The notes beneath the pieces are model-generated. The model had not been told where the DNA came from, made no database searches, and saw only the letters and a program-made list of their open reading frames with translations. The position numbers and the translations under genes were made by a program. A stretch of 64,000 nt of DNA from Raillietiella orientalis (Eukaryota). The stretch covers positions 2,728,001 through 2,792,000 of the forward strand of contig JAYWIR010000027.1 in the NCBI GenBank assembly GCA_036172245.1, written 5' to 3'. Below are positions 12,531 to 22,401 of the stretch, piece by piece. Numbering within the stretch: position 1 is the stretch's first letter; each line of letters starts with the position of its first letter.

Positions 12531-15500
12531 GGTCAGGATTTTGCACCACACCCAACTCGCTAGTGGTGGGAAACGTGATCCAGTGGCGCCGCTTTCCACA
12601 AAAGAGTGCCGACTTCTGGAACTCCGCGGATGAAGGGTTCGTGGAATCTTCTCGAACTGGTTCCGTGCCACCAGCTGAGACTTTCACGAGACCCGCCGCC
12701 CCGTTCGCGCGCTTCTCTCGAAGCCGGCGATCGCATGTGCCGCGGCCTCGCGGTCGCCTCCGCAACTGCCCTTCGCGCTGCAAAGTTCGAAGCGCGCGTC
12801 GACCGTGGTTGGCTGTTGCTGCATCCAGGAAGCGCGGCCGCCTTCTTGCACGGGGGAGAGGGGATGTAACATGACGTGCGGTTTTGCTTCCTAGTGACAG
12901 AAAGGGAGGGGGGCTGACGCAGCGTAGGAGCAGGAATCGTACGCATAGTTGCAAAAACGCGCGCGCACAGAGAGAGAGGGAGAGGGGGGGGACACATACG
13001 CACACAGTAGTCAACTTTTGGTGATGGGGGATCACTGTTGGGAACGGATAGCTCCCTGGCGTCATAGTGATGCGTTTGAGCTTTTTGTCAAACCCAACAA
13101 ACTGGACAGGGAATGGGGCGGAGGTCGTAAAAGAGTGAAGCAGACTTGCAGCTCGCGGCTGCCGGTGAAAAGACTATGGAAAGGTTCTGCTACGAGGGGG
13201 GAGGGGAGCTCGAATCCGTCTCTGCTTTGCGTTTCCTCTCACCAATCCGGTCTTCGATGTACTTTATAGATGTACTTGGCCCACGTGGACACATGGAAAC
13301 GCACGTTGCTTCTCCTGTGCCACAGCAGCCTCCTGTACAGTACAAGCCTAGGGGGAGGGGAGGGACGCAGCCCTCACGAAAGGGGATACGAAGGCGCGGC
13401 CTCCCGGAGATCGATCCAGCAGATAGAAAGAGATGGCCGGCGGCACCTTCCCTTCCCGTGCTCCGTCGCCCGTTCTCTGGTGAGCGGGAAAGGCCTCACG
13501 CGCGCGATGAGAGGGCGGCGGCTCGCAGGCGCCGTTGGGAGACGCGGCATGGGAGGCGTGGGAGATTCCTGCGGAGGATCCCGGGGGGCGCGCGCCACTA
13601 CCCTGCGCCTCGGATCCGCCGCCTCCAGGTCCCGAAGCCAAGGGCGGCGGGGAAACCTCCGCGCGAGGCAGGAGGGGAGGGGGATTTTCCCGAACACAGC
13701 CTCAAGGTCCCCACTTACCGTCGATGTGTAGGAGGGGTCAGGAGCAGGCGAGCTGGTCAGCGGCTCGCGAACGTGGCAGCTGCGAGCAGCAGCTGGCCAG
13801 AAAATCCTTCATCCTGGAGAGAGGGCCGCGGCTGGGACGAACGCGCCGCCATCCTTCCCGCCCGGAGTCAGGGATCAGGAGGAGTCAGGAGTGTCCCCTG
13901 GCCCAGCTGCCGGGCAACCTCCCGCGGTCGGGAGCCGACGCAGGCCTCTCTGCTGCCGTGGCGCTCCGCTCCTCTCGGCATTCGCCTCAGGCGCTCCCCC
14001 TGCAGGAGGGACCAGGCCAGCCGGCTACAGAAGTGGAAATCTGGGAAACGACCGACCGTGGGACAGCAGTTCCGCCGTCGCTGCGGTCCTCCCCGCCGGA
14101 GCTGAGTCAGAGGCCGAAGGTGATGCCCCTTCACCCGCCTCTGGCCACCCGCCCGGATCTGCGGGGACTGGGCCGCCAGAAGGAAGGGGGGGGGGGGCTA
14201 GACTAGCCTCGGATTCGAGCGCTGGCCCGGAAGCGACCCATGAGGACGAAAAGGGGACCACGCGACCGAGGGACCCCAGGAGGGGAGGTGGCCTCTGCTC
14301 AAACGTCTTCCGAGAGGAGCGAAGGGGGCCAACTGTTTCCCCTTTCCCCCTTCTTTTTTCGTGGAAGGTTTCTCACGCAGCTGCCGAGGCAGGAATCCTT
14401 CGACGTGGCAACCACAAAAGAGAGGAGAATCTGGCTCTCCGGAGCAGTGGCTGTTGGAGGAATTCTCTGTGCAGATGAGACCTCTCTCCTCTCTTTTTCT
14501 TTTGTATTTCTTTTTTTTTGTACCTTAGAGTTCAGCCGGAGGCGACGGCTCGTGTAGGCGGCTTTCCGGAGCATTCGAGGGAGGAGCAGGGGGAGGGTGG
14601 GACCGGTCCATGGGAAGCTCTGACCTCACAAGGCGATCGCGGCAGGAGCCTCCCCGAAGACGGCCATGGCGAAGAAGATGCAATGGAACCGGGCGGGGCA
14701 GCGAACTTGCGTCGCCGCGCTCTCTGTGAGCGGGCTCGCGGTGCCGAAGTTCCTTTCCGCCCCTCTCGAAAGATGGTGCACTTCGTTCGGTTCCCGCGCG
14801 CCGTTTGAACAGCGCGGCCTTTCGGTTCAACAACCGGCCGACACAACTCGCCTGAAAGCGAGCGCCTGAAAGAGCGGGTCCGCATGCACTTGGAGGTGTG
14901 AGATGGGGTGGGGGGTGAATCAAGGATGCTCCCGAGTTCGTGCGCTCCTCGGTCGAGCTACGCGACGGCGGTGGACGGAGCAGGCAACCGTCGCCGGGGG
15001 ACAGCGAAGGCGGAAGGAACGAGCAGGGAGGGCACGGGTGCATGCACTCGAGGGAGGGAGAGGGGCGTGAGGAGAGAGAAGTCTCGGAGGAGAACCAAAC
15101 TGCCGTTGCCAAGGCAGAGCAGCTTCCGCCCGAGAGGAGCAGTACCACAGTGTGCGCCACTGCCGAACGCCCGCGAACGGACGATCTTTCCAGGCCTATC
15201 CTGGTCCACGAGGAGGGAGAGGCAGTGTCCTTGGGACGTCTTCGCGAGGGAACCTTCCGTACCCTCCTCTTTAATCCGGGAGGTCGGCTCTCGAGTGAGC
15301 GCCCCAGATGGGCGGGAGGCGCCTCACCCTCCGGCGATGTGGGGCGTGACTCCCCGAGGAATGGGAAAAGTGCTGGCTCCCTTCGCAGGGATCCGAGCGC
15401 CCCTGGAAGGCCGCAGGAGGGCGCAAGCTGCATCCGGGGGCGTCCGCCGCGAATTCGCGAGGTCGCGGGCCCGGCGGGAGATTTGCATGAAATCTGGAGC

Positions 15501-15939
15501 AAGCGGAACTCGTCGCGCGGAGACGCGGGAAACCGGGCGACCGGCTCGGATGCTGTTGAACCGGCGACCCACAAACGGAGGCGGCCGTTTCCAAGGTGAC
15601 GATGCTATCGTCGTCGTCCGGGAAGTCCGAGGGGAGGGGAGCGGCCCGGGCAAGTGCGCGCTGGCCCCTCTGCCCTGCTCGACTGCGCTCTCCAGGAGTC
15701 CTGCTCGAGGGCGGCAGGGGTCACGCGGGTGGTCTGCTCCACTCGACCGAGGGATCGGTCGAGCGACCCCTTCCCGGCACCGACTTCCCGTGATCCCCGA
15801 TGCCTTCCTCCCTCGGATGAGTGAGTGCGCGTGAGAGAGGGGCAGCGCGATCTTCACCCCCTCCCCCACTGCGCGCGGTCGCTTGCCTGCCCCAGGGGGC
15901 AGAGCTGCGCGCGTTCTCTTCGGGTCAGCCCTGCCCCTC

Positions 15940-16075
15940 AGCCAATGGCTAAGCGGCCTGCCGACCTCCAGGAAGCGACGACGCCCGGTGGCGCGTGACG
16001 TGCATTGCGGAGAGACTAACGGGTCCTCCCGCCGCGGCCGGCGCCCGACGCCCGCCCCCCCCCCTTCCTCCCCGA
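15940..16075 (+). promoter_or_regulatory. Putative proximal promoter of the Delta-like gene
   Basis: CCAAT, TGACGT (CRE-like) and CCCGCCCC (GC box) lie within about 210 nt upstream of ATG 16146. Motif matches only. Confidence 0.3.
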
Positions 16076-16145
16076 TGAAAAGGCGGCCGCCCTGCGCGAC
16101 CCCGCACGGACGCACCGCATCCTCGCGCACAGCCTCCACGCAGCC

Positions 16146-19100
16146 ATGAAGCGACCGACAGCGCAGGCCGCCGTCAGCGCCACGGCCGTGCTGGCGCTCG
16201 CCGCCGCCTTCCTCGCCGGCGCGGCGCACGCCAGGAGGCGCAGCAAACCCGCACAGCACCAGCACCAGCTTCAGGTACGCCCTTTCCATCCCCTCTCCCT
16301 CCCTCTCCGTTCCGGGGTTCTCGTGGGCCTCTTCGTCTGCTGCTGTGCCTCTCACGACCCTTCTTTCGAGTCCTCGACACTCTATCTGTCCCTCAAAACC
16401 CTTCCTTCGCTTCCAGGTCTCCCTATCTATCCTCCACGACCCTTTCTTCGCTTCCAGGTCTCCCTATCTATCCTCCACGACCCTTTCTTCGCATCCCAGT
16501 CACCCCATCTGTCCCTTCTTGACTTTTGTTTTGCCTCTCTCATTCTCACTCTATCCTCAATCGGACCCTTTTCTCGCGTCCCCATCCATGGCTGCCCTTT
16601 CCGCTTCTTTCCACCTCTCCTCCAACAGGAATCACTGAAGAAGCGCGAACGGCAACTTAGGGTCATCCGTGACCAGCGGACATGCCCAGCGCGCGCGTAT
16701 CGCGCCTTCACGAAAGGGTCAACCCGTGACCGTGGTTAGGGACGCAGCTTTTCCGATGGCCCGCGGCACCCTCCGTGGGCGCCGTGGACCAGCTCGCGCG
16801 GGGCTTGCAGTGAGCGTCAGGAGGTCCGACCATCAGGGCGGAACCTCTCTAACTCTTCCATTCCACTCCCACCCCTTTCCCTCGCCTTCTCTTTGTTTCG
16901 GGGCGTTCTTTCCCGTTCCCTTTTTCGAGTTCTGTACGCTCGAGCGGGAGGCGGCGACCTCCGTCGAAGGATTGGGGAGGGGAGGGAGGCGTCACTCCCT
17001 GGGGCTCTGCTTCTTCTTTCATCCTCGGACCCGCTGCCGCCGTCCGTGGAGAGAACCGGGGGAGGGGAAGGAGGCGAGGCCTTGCTGGTCGGACGATTCA
17101 AAGGGCGGAGTGGGAAGGAAAATAGGGGTCTGCGCCACGCCCGCCCCATCTTAGAGAGAGTTTTCTTTGCCCCTTCCCCGAGCCGGTCCCGAGGGACGGA
17201 CCCTGTCTTCGAGGGGGGATGGCTGGGCGACGTCCCCGCGGAACTCCCTTGTCCTGCATCCTGAAGAGCGGTCCTTTGCGTTTCAGGCGCGCTCCAGCAA
17301 CTGCAGCGTGCCTTCCGGAAACTTCTACTGCAACGAGGAGGGCAAGATCCTTTGCCAGAACGGGTGGTCCGGAGAGGACTGCAAGACGCCCATCTGCAGC
17401 TCAGGCTGCAATCCCCTATTCGGCGCATGCGCCAGCCCGGATCAGTGCCTCTGCCGGTTTGGTGAGAGACGGCGCCTTCCTCGGGTCGGGGGAAGACGGG
17501 AGGCTGCCCTGACCCCTCCCTCGCAGTCCTCACTCTTTCTTTTTTCCCCTCCCAGCCCCCAGTTTCACTTCTTGCCCTTGGCGACGAGGCGCATGCGCGT
17601 GCCACCACGCCTCCGCCTGCTGTCGCGCGACCCGAGCACCATCTCGCGGGGAGATGCGGAACGTGCCGATCCGCAAATCTTCGCCGGGTCGGCAGGCTTT
17701 GTGATGCGGAGGCGGGAAAAGGGAGAAAGTGAGGGGGCAGGGGGCAAGGGGGCGACGGGTTTAAAGGAGGAGGAGTCCTCCCCCTGCGGGGGTCTCTGCT
17801 ACTCAAGGTGCGTGCGAGGGAGCGAGCCTCGCCCTTCCTGACTCCTTCCTCGACCGTCTCTTGGGGTAACCGGAGAGCACCCGGTCACTGCGCTTCCTCC
17901 ACAACCCCTTCCTCCAGGTTGGCAGGGTCCCTCCTGCGACACCTGCATGGTGATGCCGGGCTGCAGCCACGGCTACTGCAACAGCAGCTTCCAGTGCATC
18001 TGTGAGGAAGGATGGACCGGATTCTTTTGCAACATCCGTGAGTCTGGGGTCCGAGGGAGGGGGAAGAAGGGGACGGGGGGAGGAGGAGGCAATGCTTCTC
18101 CTCCCCATCCCTTAAGTCCGTTGGGGTGAACGCCTGACATTCGGAACGCTTCCGTAGCCGTCTGCCACTCTCAGTGCCGCCCGTCGCAGGGATTCTGCAA
18201 GGTCCCTGGGGAATGCAGGTGAGCAGACACGGCCCCAAGAAGTCCTCTTCTACCCCACCTCCTTCTTCTCAGGTGCCACATGGGATGGAAAGGGGAGCTG
18301 TGCGAAGAATGCCTCCCCCTGCCGGGATGTCAGCATGGGACTTGCATGAACCCTATGGAGTGCAGATGCGAGTCCGGATGGCAGGGGTTCCTGTGCGACA
18401 GACGTGAGTGCTTCACCTTCCCCCTTTCCTACCGGCACCACCTGCGCCACGGAAGATAGCGCTGGTGGTGCCCTTGTTTCGTCGTCGCGCGACCCATTCC
18501 CCTCTGGGCGCCCGTCGGTTCGCGCCGCGGCTCCTGGGGAGACGCGTGCTGCCACACGAATAGTCCTCCGTTTCCCTCCCGAACTCAGCCGTACCCCACG
18601 GGAGAGCGGCTGGGGGTAGGTGGAAGGAAATCTTTCTGTGCCCTTACGGCAGCGGTGGGCAGCGCTGGTTTGCAGAGTCCTCTCACGAAGATCGCCGGAG
18701 CGCAGCATGATCGTCCGCTCGCCCATGAGAGGTCAGGTTCGGCTGCTGCTGCTGCTTTTCCCCTCCTTCTTTCCTTCCACCCTTTTCCCTTCTTCTCCCC
18801 CTCCTCTTCTACCACCACCTTCACTCCCGTTTTCCACCTTCTTCCTCCCCTCTCCGGAGGTGCAGCAAGTGCACCTTCAATCGCCCTTACACAAAAGCTC
18901 CCTGGTAAGCAACCATAGAGGCTTTCTCACAGTCTGGGTGGGCAATTCTTCGCGCGTGTGTATACTGGGAGAGGGGGGGGGGGGGGAAGGAAGGGGGAAT
19001 AGTAGGAGGTGTCTCCAGGCAGCAGTTTCTCCTTTCCCACTCACTCGAAGCTCTCATGTCTCCGCCGGCCAGTCTCGATGCACCGACCGACACTTCCCCC

Positions 19101-19914
19101 TCCCCCCTTCGTCCACCTTCTTTCCCACCACTTTTTCCAATCGAAGTACTCGACTTTTTACCCTCCCCTTTGTCTTTCCAGCCGTGTGCGCATCCCAGTG
19201 CCACCCACGTAACGGATTCTGCGAGAAGCCGGGTACCTGCCGGTAAGTTGAGGGGACCCCCGGGAGAGGGCAGTGCTCGCTAATCGGGCTGTTTCTTCTT
19301 TCCCCTTTCCCTCCCTCACCTTCCTTTCCTCGTCTCCGTTCCCTGTTCTCTCTCACCGCGGAGCAGCTGCCGCGTGGGATGGAACGGGACCAACTGCGAG
19401 ACCTGCATCCCGCATCCCGGATGCGTTCACGGGGGCTGCTCTCGTCCCTGGGAGTGCAACTGCGAGGACGGCTGGGGAGGATTCCTGTGCAACCAACGTG
19501 CGGATAAGCGGGCGCTGATCGTGGGCGGGGAACCGGTGCCTTTTTGTCTCTCCCTCCTCGCCCCTCGACCCCTCTTCGGCGGCACCTTCGATTCCCGCAG
19601 GCCTCGACTACTGCGCCAATCACACGGACGCCTGCAAGAACCAGGGCCGCTGCATCAGCCTGCCGGAGGACGAGGGGTGGTTCAGGTGCGCCTGCCCAGA
19701 GGGCTTCACCGGCGCGTCCTGCGAGGCCGAGCTCCAGAGGAAGGGGCCGGGGGCCTCCGTCCCCCAGAAGAACGCCGCCAACTGGGGGATCCTCGAGTGG
19801 CTGAGGATTCCCCTGCAGAACCTCAACGCGATCACGCCGGAGAGGATCTTAGCTCAGATCCCGAGGGACCCCTTCCTGGACTGGACCCTCCGGGGGGGCC
19901 GGCGGAGACGCTAG
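16146..19914 (+). CDS. Secreted Delta/Serrate-like EGF-repeat protein (partial DSL + 3 DOS-type EGF pairs + 1 EGF; C901-like), 373 aa
   Basis: Exons 16146-16274 (signal peptide ...AVLALAAAFLAGAAHA), 17287-17461 (GNFYCNEEGKILCQNGWSGEDC, PICSSGC...), 17918-18037, 18158-18218, 18273-18403, 19182-19242, 19367-19497 (CIPHPGCVHGGCSRPWECNCEDGWGGFLCNQ), 19601-19914 (LDYCANH..CKNQGRC..CACPEGFTGASC). All GT-AG and phase-consistent, 1122 nt; AATAAA at 20033-20038. Confidence 0.92.
16405..16492. repeat. 41-nt tandem repeat (two exact copies plus degenerate neighbours) in intron 1 of the Delta-like gene
   Basis: cttcgcttccaggtctccctatctatcctccacgacccttt at 16405-16445 and 16446-16486. Confidence 0.9.
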
Positions 19915-22365
19915 GAGACTCCCTGCACCGACGAAAACCGCGAATGAGAAGACCGCGTGACTGCGGCGAACGGAGGCGACGACCGACGACGATGACCACG
20001 CCGCGGGCGCCACGGCGACACCGGCGGCTCCCAATAAAAAAGGAGACCATGGACGCTCTTCCCCCCATGGGGATCCGCTCCCAATCCTGCCTCATCAGCC
20101 CGGAGGGCCTTCGGTTGGACCGGGGAGCGACTCACGGGCGGAGGCGGCCATTTCGGGGAGACGGATGCCACCGCCCAGGATGACCGGGCGACGGCTTCCC
20201 AGAGATGGACTGCTTCCCAGGAGTGCTGCCGGAGGGCCGCGGGGACGGGCAGTCCATCTCCCCGCGCTCGGAGAAGGGGTGGGAGTGGGGTAAGATAAGG
20301 CGTTCCCCTCCCTTTTATAGGCGAACGGAAGGGACGTCTCGGGCAACGGGGCGCGCCGCTCGAAGGAACGGAGGGGTCCTGGAGCCGCATACGCCCCCAG
20401 AAGACTCTTATCTCTGGAGCCCCTACAGGGAGCGTTCCTTCATCCCTGTGGAAGCGTACTCTCTCCCCGTACGGCCGCGCTCGAGAGAGGGCCTCCACGT
20501 GATCTCCTCGAGGGAGTCAAGGTTGGGTGGGGATCCTTCCTTCTCTGAAAAAAGGGGAAAAGTGCCTGCAGGCCTCTGAGAGACGCAAGCGGTCGCCAGG
20601 GCAGCGGTGGGGCGCGAGAGATCATCCCCCCTCCCTCTGGAAACGGGTAGAGGGAGAGGGTAGCACCGGGCATCCTAGAGTCGGGATCTCCTCCTCCCCG
20701 GGCACTCGCCGCGGAGCAACCTCAAGCCCGAGGTGAGCCAGCGGACGGAGGAAACCCGTGCTATTCCGTGGTCACGTAAGGACGGTGCCCGAGACATCCC
20801 CCTGCACTCTATTCTGAGAATGGGGGGAGGAGGAGCGAACGTCTGTCTGGCCACGCCCTTCCCTCATCCCCGGGCCACAGCAGCTCGCTGCGGGAGACCT
20901 CAACTTCCCCCTTCCGTCTGAACCGTCGCGCGCGCGTCTTCTGACGACCGGACTCGGAAGCGAAGTCGAGGGCCCCCGAGGGACCACTCGAGCGGTGCTG
21001 CGCCCTGTTCACCTCCCTGAGGGCCCCGGCCTTCCCTTCTGAAGCGACGCCCTTCCGGGAACGACGCGCCGCTCTCGGCGGATGCCGCCGCGCCTCGACG
21101 CCTACACCTACACCGCTCCTCCACGCTCCGCCCGGAAGGGCCGTGCGCTCGGTCCGCACCGGCGGGCTCGACGGAGGACCCTCATCGGACCTTCCGTACA
21201 GCCCCCCAGACTTCCCTGCTGCCACGGCGCCGCTCCGCTCGGCTCGCGCCCTGGGCACGCCTTCCGCGAAGCGTCTCTCCCGGGTCGCCGCTGGTCACGT
21301 GGCACAGCTCTCTCGAGCGACCACCAGATGCACGGGGCCCCTGTCGGAGAGGCATCCCCCCTCACTCCCCAAGAGGGGTCAGGGAGAGAGTGCCCGCCCC
21401 AGAGCTCCTCCATCTTCCTTCGCACTCCTTGACGGCCGCGAAGAAACCCCTGGAGCTTCTCAAGCGATAGTTCCGTAGTGCCCATGACGAGGGGTAGTAG
21501 GACCTCCCTTCCTCCGTAGGTCAGACCCTGGAGACCCCGCCGGACCAAGCAGAGAGAGGCCAGAGGACCGCAGGAGAAAGGCACTGTCTCTTCCCCCCCT
21601 CCTATCCCGAATCGTGTGGCGCCTGTAGGCGGGAACGGCGCGGAAGCGGCCTCTTTGGTCGCCCACCTTCGCCTCTTGACGGGCAGAGGAGCGGAGGCAT
21701 CCAACGGGAAGCGAAGGGGCCGCCCGCGGCGCCGACACGGCCCTTAGCCGCTCCTCCTCCGCTCACCCCCCGCGGCGTGAGCGCGGGCGAGGGCGTGGCC
21801 GGAAAGCTGCCGACCCCTGGCAAATTTCTCTCTTTCCGGCGGCATCTTCCCCCTCGCTTGCCGGGAGCGAAGGGCGTTCCCGGCACCCGCCCAGGGATCG
21901 GCCAGTAGGGTTCCCTCGGAGGCGCAGCGACCTCATCTGTTCCTCTCGTCGCATCCGCTGGCGTCACCCGCCCGCCTCGCACCTCGACGCGAGTCCGTCC
22001 GATGGCCATGTGCCCTCTTGGAGCCCCCTTAGCTCTCCCTCAGATCGGGCCGCGGGGACGACTTTCAATCCAAGTTGGCGTGTCGGTACCGCCTTGCGCC
22101 CGACCCCCCCTGGACAGCGCTCCCGGCTACCCTGGGCACCCTGCGTTAGAAAAGCGGACGCCACGCACGGGACGGAGGAAGGAATGGAGCGCGCATCTCC
22201 TTCCCTCCCTCTCAGCCCCTCCAGTGGGCATTTTGCCTCCCTCCCCTCCCTTCCCTTTCTATCAAGTCTTGGGGGGGGGGGGGGGGAAGGGGAAGAGGCG
22301 ACTTGACTGAAGGGAGGAAGACCCTAAACCTCAGAGGCCGACTCTCCTGCTGTCCACCAGGCGAG

Positions 22366-22401
22366 AAGGCAGCCAACCTCTGGCGCAAGGCAGCCAACCT
22401 C
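22366..22401. repeat. Short direct repeat, period 21
   Basis: aaggcagccaacctc at 22366-22380 and 22387-22401. Confidence 0.8.

Noticed and set aside
13146..16355. Many overlapping 200-350 aa ORFs on both strands
   Set aside because: Several frames are similarly open with no recognisable motifs; a GC artefact.
16405..16486. Repeat of CRISPR-like length
   Set aside because: Head-to-tail copies with no spacers, inside a eukaryotic intron, and no cas genes.
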